Positions 25,101 through 37,776 of a stretch of 64,000 nt of DNA are shown piece after piece. Positions within the stretch are counted from its first letter, which is position 1. Each line of letters starts with the position of its first letter. Below the pieces are notes generated by a model. The model was given only the letters and a program-made list of their open reading frames with translations, did no database searches and had not been told where the DNA came from. The position numbers were made by a program, and so were the translations under genes. The stretch comes from Neocallimastix sp. 'constans' (Eukaryota), in NCBI GenBank assembly GCA_050613775.1, contig JBODTK010000143.1:1-64000 (forward strand), in the 5' to 3' direction.

Positions 25101-25851
25101 GCTGATGATGAATACAACTAATAGATAAAATAATTTAAGGATACTAAGGAAAATATTAAAATTCATACACAAGCTTTAACAGAGTTCAAAGGGAAAGAAC
25201 GCAAATCTTAAAGTAGATGGGATTCCTTAACAGGGGTTCCTAAAGTAGATTTAAAAAAGATATTTTTTTTCTCCAGTGTCAGGTATTGCTTATTATTCGC
25301 GGATGCTTTTATTGTAATGTAATGGTCCACTTATAAATAAAACAATAGGCAATACTGGAAATTAATAAGCTAAAAACATTTTATAAAAATTTTTTTTTTA
25401 ATTTATTAAAATAAAATTTATTAAAGTAATTATTTATTAATTAATTAACTAATTTTGTAATATATCAAATTACTTATTATTAATTGATTAATTAAAAAAA
25501 GCATGAATTTTAAAAAATATTTCTTTTGTGAAAATTTTACTCATATTTATACTTTTTACGGAAAAACAGTTTGTATAAGTTTCAAAAATTTTAGAATCTT
25601 AAAAATTCGTTTGAAACTGATTTTCTCGGTTAAATTAGAAACTAATGGAAGAAAAGATAAAAAAAAATAAAAAATTCAATTTGATTATTAAGAATTTCTA
25701 TGAAATTCTTAAAGAAAATACAGAAAGAATTAACAAGAACAATGAAAATAAAATATTTAAAAAGTAGGTTTAAGTGTGAATCAAACTCGGGTTGTTCGAT
25801 TCATGGCTATATTTAATAGCTATACCAAGATTTCCTTTTAGAAATTTTGGT
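19194..25851 (-). mobile_element. Element B: decayed full-length chromovirus-type Ty3/Gypsy
   Basis: LTRs at 19194-19736 and 25313-~25851 (diverged; right end damaged). PPT 19737-19747, PBS 25303-25312. Inserted in the host element's protease region. Confidence 0.9.
20040..24247 (-). pseudogene. Element B gag-pol (Gag, PR, RT, RNaseH, IN, chromodomain) with stops and frameshifts
   Basis: ORF-track fragments: FKGFLAKIEL (Gag), LLDSGS (PR), YIDD (RT), MDFITDLP...SDRGTQF...TERVN (IN), EEFEVEEIL (chromodomain). Confidence 0.93.
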
Positions 25852-25865
25852 CATGGTCCTAACCC

Positions 25866-26960
25866 TTTAAATTATAATAATTTATATTTCCATTATTTTT
25901 TAAATATATAAATTTTTTTATTAATTATATTTATTTTCTTAAATACAAATTTAAAAATATATGTAGTTCTGGTAGGTATTGTCCGGTGGGTCCGGTTGGC
26001 ATTTAAGGGATGGATGGGCGCTTATATTTGTAGGGTTAGGTTTTAAACTTTTTAATTTTTTTTTTAAAATTATTCAAATAGTCAATACCTTGATTAATGT
26101 ATATATAAATTAAATGAAATCAATACTACATAATTTTAAGTGAATTAGTAAAATTCTTTAGTATTAAAAAAGAAAATAAAATAAAGACTTAATAAAATAA
26201 TTATAAATTTATCTATAAGGTTTAAATTCTTAGAAAGAAAATAATTTTTATAATATAAAGAAAATGATTATTTAAAGTTGTGTAGGATTTAGTAAAAGAG
26301 TTTATATAGTTAGCAAAAAGTTTGTAAATTATTATTTAAGAACTTGAGATTAAAGTTTAAATAGGTAAAAAAGTAGTGATCATCTTATGAAATATATTCT
26401 TTGATATATTTCATAGCTTCTAGAATTTCTTCCGAACTATAATCCATATGATCTTATGGATTAACAGTCGTATTTAGAATATTAGGTCTTGTCTGGTTGG
26501 TCCGGTTGCCATTTAAGGGAGAGGTTAGAATTAGGGTTAGGGTTAGAATTAGGGTTAGAATTAGGTAGGTCTGATAGGTCTTGTCCGGTGGGTCCGGTAG
26601 AAATTTAAGGGGTGGGTGGGAGGTTATTTCATTGGTAAATAAGTACTATTAAAATCATAATTCTTAATTATAGTTTAATATTTTAAATTATAATTTGTAT
26701 TTCTACTAATTAATTATAAAATTTTTTTAATAATTAAATTTATTTTTTATTTGAAAATTTAAATGAATAGGTAGGACTGGTTGATCTTGTCCGATGGGTC
26801 CGGTTGATATTTAAGGGGTGTGTAGGAGGTTATATTTATAAATAAGTGTTATTAAAAAAATTAATTATAAATTATAATTTTTTATATTTTAAATTATAAT
26901 AATTTAAATTTATACTAATTGTTTAAGTTTATAAAATTTTTTTAAAAATTAAATTTATTT
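25866..26960 (+). repeat. Degenerate ~200-bp tandem repeat with G-rich core and TTAGGG-like runs
   Basis: Core TTGTCCGGTGGGTCCGGT...ATTTAAGGG near 25979, 26489, 26581 and 26787. TTAGGGTTAGGGTTAGAATTAGGG at 26531-26554. Confidence 0.85.
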
Positions 26961-27914
26961 TTATTTTTTATTAAAATAAAATAAGAAAAACAGCACTTCA
27001 TTTAATAATAAAAAAATTTTCATATAAATTTAATTATTATAAAATAATCAATAGTGAAAATTAAATAATAATATTAATATACTATTAATAATTATTATTA
27101 TTATTAGAAAATAATAATAATAAATTATAATAATTAGTATTAGATTAGATCTAAAATTTTTTATTTGTTGTTTTGTTTAAAAATCAAAGAAATAGAAAAA
27201 AATTTTTATTTTGTTAATAAAAGAATTCTTTATTTTATAATAACATTGTAAAATTAATCATTTCAAAATTTACAAAAAGATCTTTCATCTATTTCAAAGT
27301 ATATAAACATATCAATAAATAATAATCGGTATTGATAATTTAACTAATAAAGTATAAATCAATTTTCTATGAATATATTTTTATTTAAAGGAAATAAAAA
27401 ATAAAAATAAGTAAAATTTATAATTTTTAATAAATTACTTTAATATATATAAAGATGTAGATATGATATTTATATAATATTAAATCTTTTATTATATAAT
27501 GTTCGTATTTTGATAATAAAAAAAAAAAAATAAAAAGAAGAATAAAAAATATTCAATTCAAATTTAAAGTGAAAAAGTAATATATATAATTTTTTTGTAA
27601 AAATAATATATCTTTGTTTTTTAATTTTATAATAATATATATATATCTTTTTAAAAAATAAATCTATACCTCTAAATATGTAATTATAAATAAATTTATG
27701 TAATTATTCATAAAACTATATATATCAATAAGTATCATGTGAATATATATTACATGTTTTTCAATAATTATAAAATAAAATATATTTTACAAATATTTAT
27801 AATAAAATAAAAAATAAAAAATGAAAAAATAAAAAAAAAAGGAAAAATGGTTTTGCTTTTTAAAATTTTTTTTAAATCATTTAAATTAAATAATTTTTTT
27901 ATTTATGCCTCGAA

Positions 27915-27945
<31 letters not shown>

Positions 27946-28458
27946 TTCAAAATTTTTATAATTAATAACATTATTTATTTTAAAGATTTTAAAATTTTAT
28001 GACTTTAATTTTAATTTTAATTTTTTTAAAAATATGTTGATGGTTACACAAGAAAAATAAATTAAAAAAAAAAAGCTTTAAAAGAACTATAAATAAAATT
28101 TTTTTACATTTTTTGGAGATTTTTTTTTGTTTGTTAAAAATAAAGTTTAATATTTTAATTAAGTCTTGTATAATTAAGATTTACTTATTTATTAAATTAA
28201 ATATGTTTTTCATTATTTTGTATAATGTAAAATATTATGAGGCGTATTAATGATGTACATCATATATTTACAATTATAACTAATATAGTTAAATTAAATT
28301 TTATTAATGTATATACATTTTATAAAGGATTATGATAATTAATCCTATAATAAAATATCACTAAAAATATATAGTTATTAAAATAATAATAAAATTATAA
28401 TAAAAAATAAAGTGATCACACATTAAAAAACAAAAACAAAAATAACATATATTTAAAA

Positions 28459-28472
28459 GATTAAGAGTCTCA
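28459..28472 (+). other. PBS complementary to the tRNA-Lys(CUU) anticodon arm
   Basis: GATTAAGAGTCTCA is the reverse complement of TGAGA-CTCTTAA-TC. Confidence 0.75.
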
Positions 28473-28594
28473 GTTAGCTCTAGTTAGTTTATAAACATCA
28501 ATAATAATTTATATTCCAACAATAAAAAAAATAAAAGTAAATTGAAATTTCAAGATTCCGAAATTTATTTTAATTAAATCTTAGTTATTCAATA

Positions 28595-31500
28595 ATGGAA
28601 GATAGATCATTTAATATTTTAAGCAACAAAAAACTCACTGTCGAAACCTATCCTCTTTGGGAATCAGATATGGATCTAATATTAACAGCCAATGAATTAG
28701 ATCAATATATCTACGAAAACAACATGAAGAAGATCTCGAAAAACTCAGAAAATTTTGAATCTTCAAAGGGAATTAAAATTAGAGGAACTGAGATATACTA
28801 TCATAAATCAGTCACGAAAAATATGATAGTTGGTGACAGAAAAGCAAAAAGATACATCAGTATGAATTTAGAAAATGAAATAAAGTTAAGTATTGACTTC
28901 AAAAACAGCTCCGCATATTAAATATGGGAATTATTGAAAAAGACTTTTACTAAAGGTAAAGAAGAAATGAAATTACAACTAAATGAAAAATTAGAGAATA
29001 TGACCTATGATAAATCTTCAGACATAGGAATATTCATAGCCAACATGGAAGTCACACTTAATAAATTAGAAGAAATAGGTGATAAAGTCAGTGATGAAAG
29101 AAAATTCAACTATTTATATAATGCTCTTCCATCAGACATTACCCAATTAACAAATATGTTAGGTTTTCAAAATGATCGGAATAGATGTTGCGATATGTTA
29201 AAAAGATCAATTCCAAAGATAAAGTTCTTAAATAGCTTAAGAATTAAGCAAGAGAAAACAAAAACATTTAGTAGTGAAACAAAAACAATAGAAAGTGTCA
29301 AAAGATATAAGCAAAATAGAAATCTTAGCAAGAAAAATAGGAAAAATATTAAGTGCCACAATTGTGGCGGATTTGGTCATATATCACGTGAGTGCCTCAA
29401 GAATGGAAAAATTCATGGAGGTGTAGTGTACGATAAATATGGTAAAAGACACTACAAAGAGAAGAAAATGAAACACCAACAACATGCAGATAACGTAGAA
29501 GTCAATGAGCAAGAAGAAGAATCTGAAAGGTATGTAGATATATACAGTAATGCCTTAAATATGGACTATAATGATGAAAGGGAGGAAAGTCAATCCAACT
29601 GCGTAACAACAAGAATCCCAAAAAATAAAAACAATATCAAAAATTTTCATTAAAACAATATACTAGGCAGAGCTTAAGTTATTATACTGCCAAGTATAAA
29701 AAACGTAATAATAACAAAGAAAATAAAATTAATAAAAATAACAACAACATTACTTTATGGACATTAGATTCTGGGGCGTCATACCACATGACCCATGATG
29801 AAAATAATTTAGTTAATCCACGTGATTTCATATAAATATATATTTTGCTAAAGGAAAAATGGTGAAGTCCAAAAGTATTGGTAATTATATTGGTTTAATT
29901 AACAATCATAAAATTATTTTGAATGATGTTATATATGTGCCATCCTTTAAAAGAAGTCTAATTTCTATAGATCATTTAAGTAAAGTTAATTATAAAACTG
30001 TATTTTGTAAAAATAAGTATAATAATAAAAACTGTGCCATCTTATATAATGATAATGGAAAACGAATTTATACATCATACGCTAACAATTCAAAAGTTTA
30101 CAAAATACTAACTAGAAAAAATAATATAAATAATAATTCAAATAATGTTGTATGTTATAATATACAAAATGCTATAAGCGATTCTAATATGGATTTATGG
30201 CATAGAAGAATGGGTCATTTTAATATTGACTCTATTAAAGATAAATTAAATAAAATATATTTAAAACACAAATGCAAAATTTGTTCTTGTTCAAAATTAA
30301 AAAACCTCCCCTATAAACCATCCACCAACCATATGACAAAACCATTTGAACTTATTCATATGGACTTAGTGTTCGTTCCCGATTATTCTATTTACGGGAA
30401 TAAATATTTTTTATCTATTCTTGACGATTATTCAAGATATAGTTGGGCCCTCTTCATAAAGAGAAAAAGTGATACATTTAAAACCTTTATTATATGGTAC
30501 AATCAAATCAAAAACTTATTTGATAATTGTAATATTAAATATATTAAAACTGATAACGGTACAGAGTTCTTCAACAATAATTTCAACGAATTCTACGAAA
30601 GAACAGGAATAATACATGAGCATACTATTGCTCATAACCCACAACAAAATGGTAGGGTGGAAAGACTTCATGGGACATTAATATCTAATGGTGATGCCAT
30701 GCTTAATGATGCAAAGTTAAACCATAAATTTTGGGAAGATGCTGTATCCACAGCAAATTATATACACAACAGATTGCCACATAAAGGCAACAATAACAAA
30801 GTACCATAGAAAATCTTATTTAAAAGTAAAGTTGACTACAATAAATTTAGAGTCTTTGGTTGTCCTGTATATTTTTACGTTCCAAAACAATTTAGGAAGA
30901 AGTTTTGCAATACAACTCTCCCTGGTATCTTTCTCGGATACGATGAAATAAACCATACCGCTTACAAAATATATGATATTAAAAATAACAAAATAATTCT
31001 AGCTCGCACTGTAGAATTTCTTGAGGATGAACCTGCAAATTTAAGTGCTCCTCTATCATCACCGGATAATATAAATTTTACTAATTATTATGAAGATGAA
31101 GAGATAGACTATATGAATAGTGATGATAATGGAAATAATATAAATGATGAGAATAATGAATACAATATAATTTATAATATAAACAATAATAATAATGACA
31201 ATAATAATAATAATACAAAAATTAACGAAATTAATAATTTAATCAATGAACATAACTATAATAATATATATCGTCCAAATAATAATAATTTTATTAATAT
31301 GGATCAAAATCAAAATAATTTAATTTTATAAAATCAAAATAATATTATTGGACCTCCACAACATAACAATAATTTTGAAGATAACAATAATAAAAATTTT
31401 TCAATTCCTAATTTAAACAACCAATTAAATAATTTAAATTATAAATTTAATGATCAATCATTAAATTTAGATAATAATAATAAAACTAATTCAAATGTTA

Positions 31501-34279
31501 TAAATCATAATTTAAATAATTTCAATCAGAAAAATATTAATTCCATTTATTTCCAAGAAGAAAATAATAAGGATTTTCATAATGGAAATAAAGAAAGATT
31601 TAATATTGACAATTTAATTGAAATTAATAATAATAATAATAATATTATTATCATTACCTCAAATGAATTAATTAGAAATAATCAAGTAAATTTAGACAAA
31701 AATCAAATAACAAATTCAAGAATAAATACAGGAGCAGATATTAAAGATAATTTAAATTCAGACGTAAGTAAAAATTTGAATTATTTTGAATCAATAAATA
31801 AAAAAGTAAATAACATAGGGATAAACAAAATAAATTTAAGCAAAAATAATTTAAATTTAAATATAAATAAAAATTCTGATTATTCTAATGAAGTAATAAT
31901 TATAATTACTCAAATAACGGTTACAATTCTAAAGTAAATAATAATAATATAAATAACAATTACATAGGGAATGAATTAAATCATAATTTAAATATTGATA
32001 ATATTAACCCTATTGATAATTATTTTAATATTAGTGTAAATAAACCAATAAATATAGTAATTAAAAATAATTCAAATTCAAATAATCAAATAAAAAATAA
32101 AAATGAACAAGATAGTGAAAAATATTTTTCACAGGATATATCAGGAATTAATATCAATGAAAATAATGTCGGTAGAAAACATATTTTACGAGATAGATTT
32201 TTACGTGAATTTGCAATTGGAAATTCGAATTCAAAACAAAATAAACAAAATTGTAATGTTTACAATGATAAGAATGTGAATGAAATTGTAAATAATAATA
32301 ACATAAGAAATAAACAAAAGATAAGTAATGCAGTTAGTAATAATAATAGTGACAGTATGAATAATAATAAGAATGTTATTAATAAAATAACTATTAATAA
32401 GAAATATAAAAATAAACAAGAATCCACAGAATTCTTGCTAAATAAATTAAAAGAACCTTCAAGGACTTCAAACGGTTTAAATAGTAAATGTAATAATAAA
32501 AATGGCAATAATATACAAAAACAAAGCATTAGAAAACAAAGTGTGAATAATAACAAAAATGATAGCCATAAACAGGTTAATAAAAATAGTATCATATATG
32601 TTAAGAAAAATAATAACAAACGTAAAAAAATTTATAAAGATGAATATAATATTGTAAAACACCCATCAAAAAAATATAAATCATTTAGTATAGATGATAT
32701 AATAGGTACTAATGCTTTTCTAGCTGTAGATAATAATAATTCTGTTGAACCATGCAGTTATAAAGAGATATTTTCCATGAAAGATAAAGACATGTGGTTG
32801 AAGGCAGTGGATGAAGAACTAAACAATATGAAAAAAATGAATGTATTTTCAATAATCAGTAAAGTACCAAAAAGCGCCAATGTTATTTCAACAAGGTGGG
32901 TCCTTAAACACAAGAAAGATTCTGAAGGTAAGATAATCAAATATAAAGCTAGATTAGTAGCTAAGGGGTATAGCCAGGTGTATGGAATTGATTTCAAGAA
33001 TACTTTTTCACCTACCCTTAAACAAGACACGCTCAGAATAATAATATCTATTTCTGTTCAAAATAAATTTCAAATACATCAAATGGATATTAAAGCCGCT
33101 TATCTAAACGCAAAGCTGGACGAAGACATTTATATGCTACTGCCAGAAGGAATGAATAAAAAGGGGTATTGCAAATTGAATAAAGCTTTATATGGTTTAA
33201 GGCAATCCGGAAGGATGTGGAATGAGACCCTTAACAAGGTATTGTTAGAATTGAATTTTAATAGATTTTTAAGTGATCCATGTGTTTACATTAAAAGGGA
33301 TAAAACTAACAAGATTATTTGCTTATTAGCAGTTTATGTGGATGATATAATTGTTGCTGGGAAGTATGATCAAATAGTTAAAAAGAAATCTTTAATTAAA
33401 AATAATTTTGAAGCTACAGATGTAGGTGAAGTAGACTTTATTATAGGTATAAAGTTTGAAAAATGTAATGATGGTTATATTATCCATCAGAAGAAATATC
33501 TTAATGAAATTTTAAATAAGTTTAATATCAATAAATATAATCCAGTATCAAATACAACACCATTCGAGTCAATTGAATTAAGGAGTAAAAAATTTAATGT
33601 AACAAAATATAAGCAAGCTATAGGATCCTTGTTATATTTAGCTATCAGCACGAGACCGGACATATTATTTTCTGTAAGTAAAGCTTCCAGAAAATCCGAT
33701 AATCCAACATACGAAGATTGGTACAATGTACTAAAAATTTTTAGATACTTGAAAGGTAACCCTAACTATTGAATCAAATTCACTTATACTAATACTTTTA
33801 ATTTTAATGTTTATGTTGACGCCGATTTAGGTGGTGATAAGGAAACAAGGAAGTCAACTACTGGATTTGTAATGATGATAAACTCAGCTCCTACTAGTTG
33901 GTATTTCAAACTGCAACATTGTGTTTCAGTTTCTACTGCGGAAAGTGAGTATTATGGAATTCATGAGTGTGCAAGACACTGTCTCTGGTATAGAAATATA
34001 TTTAAGGAACTTGGACTTAAGCAGGATGTTATTACAATAAACACCGATAATAAAGCTGCAATTTACAATTGCGAAAATGAAACTATTAATCCGAAATCCA
34101 AGCACATCGACCTACGATATCACAGTATAAGAGAATTAATCAAGAAAGGTTATATCAATTTAAAGTATATAAAATCTGAAAATAACTTATCCGATGGATT
34201 TACCAAATATCTAAATTCTACTTTAATGACCAGGTTTAGAAATAATATTCTCTATGATCTAAATAATATTAAACTTTAA
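28595..34279 (+). pseudogene. Copia gag-pol with several nonsense codons and frameshifts
   Basis: CHNCGGFGHISREC (knuckle); WTLDSGAS (~29758, PR); LWHRRMGH and IHMDL...TDNGTEF...QNGRVER (IN); YKARLVAKG...YVDD (RT); STAESEY...KHID (RNaseH). Stops at 28919, 29651, 30807, 31329, 33770. Confidence 0.93.
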
Positions 34280-36514
34280 GGGGAATGTTAAAAATAAAGT
34301 TTAATATTTTAATTAAGTCTTGTATAATTAAGATTTACTTATTTATTAAATTAAATATGTTTTTCATTATTTTGTAATGTAAAATATTATGAGGCGTATT
34401 AATGATGTACATCATATATTTACAATTATAACTAATATAGTTAAATTAAATTTTATTAATGTATATACATTTTATAAAGGATTATGATAATTAATCCTAT
34501 AATAAAATATTACTAAAAATATATAGTTATTAAAATAATAATAAAATTATAATAAAAAATAAAGTGATCACACATTAAAAAACAAAAACAAAAATAACAT
34601 ATATTTAAAAGTTTATTAAAACTAAAAAAAAAAAATAATTACAAAAAAAGTATATTTCACCTTACTTAAAAAACTTTATATTTTAATTTTAATTATAATA
34701 TATTTATGTATTCATTATTTACTATATTAATATATATTTATAATTTATGTAAATTTAAATTATTCATTTACACTTTTATATATATTGATTTTAATACTAT
34801 GAAAAAAGTTTTTTTATAACTTCATAAAAAAAAAATTTTCTATTTCATTCTTTTTTAATTGATATTTATTTTTTATTTTTTTTTTTAAATATAATTAAAA
34901 TATATTTTGACAATATAATTGTTTAACTGTTAATATATAAAATAATTGATAAAGAGATAAATTAATGATACAATAAAAGATATGAAGTTTTTAATTTTAA
35001 TAAGAAAAGAAAATAAAAAAAAAGGAGATAAGAAAAAATGAATAAGTAAAAACCAATAGAAAAATATTTTATTAAAATAAAGTTAAATAAAATATTATAT
35101 TTATTATAAATTTATTGTATATAAAGTATTAATAGAAAATATCATATTCAATTAATGTATTAGTATTATAAATATATTTTAATATTAAATAATGATATAA
35201 CATATATAAATGCATTTGAATTAAAGCTTTAAAAATAATAATTAATAAAAAATTATCATTAATTATTATTAATATCCATAACAAAAGAATAAAAAAATAA
35301 AAATGAATAAACTTTCTGTATATTTGAAATGTTTTAAATTTAAGTTTTATTTAAGTAAAAATTTTTTTTTCATTAACTTATAAACTTTTTTTTTTGGAAT
35401 GATTCAAATAAAAAGATAAAAAAGAAGCATTAAACACTAAATTTTATTATTTATTAAATATCATATAATAATAATAATAAATAAATAAATGAATAATTAA
35501 TTAATTAATAAAATAGTTAATATTTAATATTATTATTATTTTTTTTTAACTTTAAAAGAAATTATTCCATTAAACTTTTATGTACATTTTTAATGACTAA
35601 TAATTAAAAGTATTTTTATGTCTCATTTCACTAATTAATTAATTTTATACTTTTTTTAAAAAATAATTAATTTTTTATATATATTAATGCTTGTATCAAA
35701 TAAAATATAATAACTAAAATATATATAAATATATATTAAATTAGAATATAAAATAAAATTAGAATAAATTTATTAAAAAGAATCATGAATAAATAAAAGT
35801 TGTTAAAGTAAAGTGTCTTTAAATTTTAATTCAGCTTTAATTAAACCAGTATTTTTGTTTTTCTTATTTATTGTTAAATGAATCTTTTAAGAGTGATGAC
35901 AATGTAAATAAAAGAAAAAAAACACTAATTAATAAATATAAAATAATATAAAATAGAATTAATTATTAACTGTGAAAGAAATCAAGAATGAAAATTAAAT
36001 AAAAGTTATATTTAAATGAAAGAAATTAAAAAAGTTAAGAAAAAATGAAAAAAAAATTTTTTTATTTCTTTCATTTAAATAAAACTTTTTTTAATTTTCA
36101 TTCTTGATTTCTTTCACAGTTAATAATTAATTCTGTTTTATATTATTTTATATTTAATAATTAAAGTCTCTTTCCTTTATTTACTTTGTCATCACTCTTA
36201 AAAATTCATTTAATAATAATTAAGAAAAACAAAAATTCTGGTTTAATTAAAGCTGAATTTAAATTTAAAAGCACTTTACTTTAACAACTTCTATTTATTC
36301 TTTATTCTTTTTATAAATTTATTATAATTTTACTTTATATTATTTTGTAATATATATTTAATATAATTATTTTATATTATTTTTTATTTGAACATTAATA
36401 TATAAAAAAAATATAAAAATAATTAATTAATGTTATGAAACATAGAAATACTTTTAATTATTTGTCATTAATAATGAACATAAAAGTTTAATGGAATAAT
36501 TTCTTTTAAAGTTA

Positions 36515-36545
<31 letters not shown>

Positions 36546-36649
36546 TTAAATATTAACTATTTTATTAATTAATTATTTAATTATTTTATTATTACTATTT
36601 TATTAATTAATTATTATTATTATTATTTATCTATTTAATAAATAATAAT

Positions 36650-37414
36650 TGTAAAGATTTAATAAAATCTTTAATAATTATTACATAATTAATTAATGTA
36701 ATAAAATTACATAAATTTATGATTTACGTATATGAAAATTAATTATAAATTTATGTAAACTTTCCATAAAGGATAAATTATTATTTAAATAATTTTGAAT
36801 AAATATAATCTAAATAATTTATTTAAGTAAGTTAATTTAGTTTATTTAATTAGTTATTTTATTTAGTTATTTTATTTTAGTTAGTTAATTTAGTTTAGTT
36901 AGTTTAAAATACTTTAAAATTAATTTCGGAATAGTTTTAAATAGTTAAAATTAGTTTAAATAGTTTATAAAAATAGTTTTGAATTGTAAATATATAAACA
37001 TTAGTATTAATAATATTTATATAATAAATATCTAATAAATGAGTTTTTATTGAATTTAATTATTATTGTAAATAAGTTGAAAGTTTATTGAATTAATTAT
37101 TGTTTAGTTTTAGTTAATTATTATTTAATAAAATTATTAATAAATATTTTGTTTATAAATAAATAGTAATATATGTAAATTAGATAGAAATAATATATTA
37201 TAATATAATCATGAAAAAATATAAATACATGTAAAATTCATTATTTAAATCGATGTATTAGTTATTGACTATCAAATAGTTAATAACGAGAAGAGATTTA
37301 TTTTAAATTTAATAAAAGATTATTTATTAAAAAGGAATTTTTTTATTACGTGTTTTTATATATATTTTTTGTGGATTTTGTTATTTGTAATCTGTTTCAT
37401 ATAAACTCTTTACA
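36650..37414. mobile_element. Solo LTR (765 bp)
   Basis: TGTAAAGA...TCTTTACA termini; TSD ATAAT (36645-36649 / 37415-37419); absent from other R1 copies. Confidence 0.88.
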
Positions 37415-37776
37415 ATAATATTTAGTGTTTAATGCCTCTTTTTTTCCTTTTTATTTGAATCATTCCAAAAAAAAATTATTTATTTAAACAAAACTTAAAT
37501 TTTTTTTATAGAATTAAAATCAATTTAATATTTATAAAATGTATAAATGAATAATTTAAATTTTTATAAATTATAAATTTATATTAATATATTAAATATT
37601 TAATAAATAAATATATTATAGTATAAATTATAATATATTTAGTTTAATATGTAAAATGAAATATACTTTTTTTTAATTAATTTTTTTATGGTTAAACAAT
37701 AGAAAAATCTCCAAAAGTTAAAATTTTTTTTTATAGTTTTTTTTTTAATTTATTTTTCTTGTGTAACCATCAACAT

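Larger units (their letters stand above)
28132..34610 (+). mobile_element. Near full-length, disabled Ty1/Copia LTR retrotransposon
   Basis: LTRs 28132-28458 and 34286-34610 differ by one 2-bp indel and one substitution (by eye). PBS 28459-28472; PPT AAGGGGAA 34278-34285. Domain order Gag-PR-IN-RT-RNaseH. Confidence 0.95.

Noticed and set aside
26521..26565. Telomere
   Set aside because: Only a few interrupted TTAGGG units, internal to a repeat.
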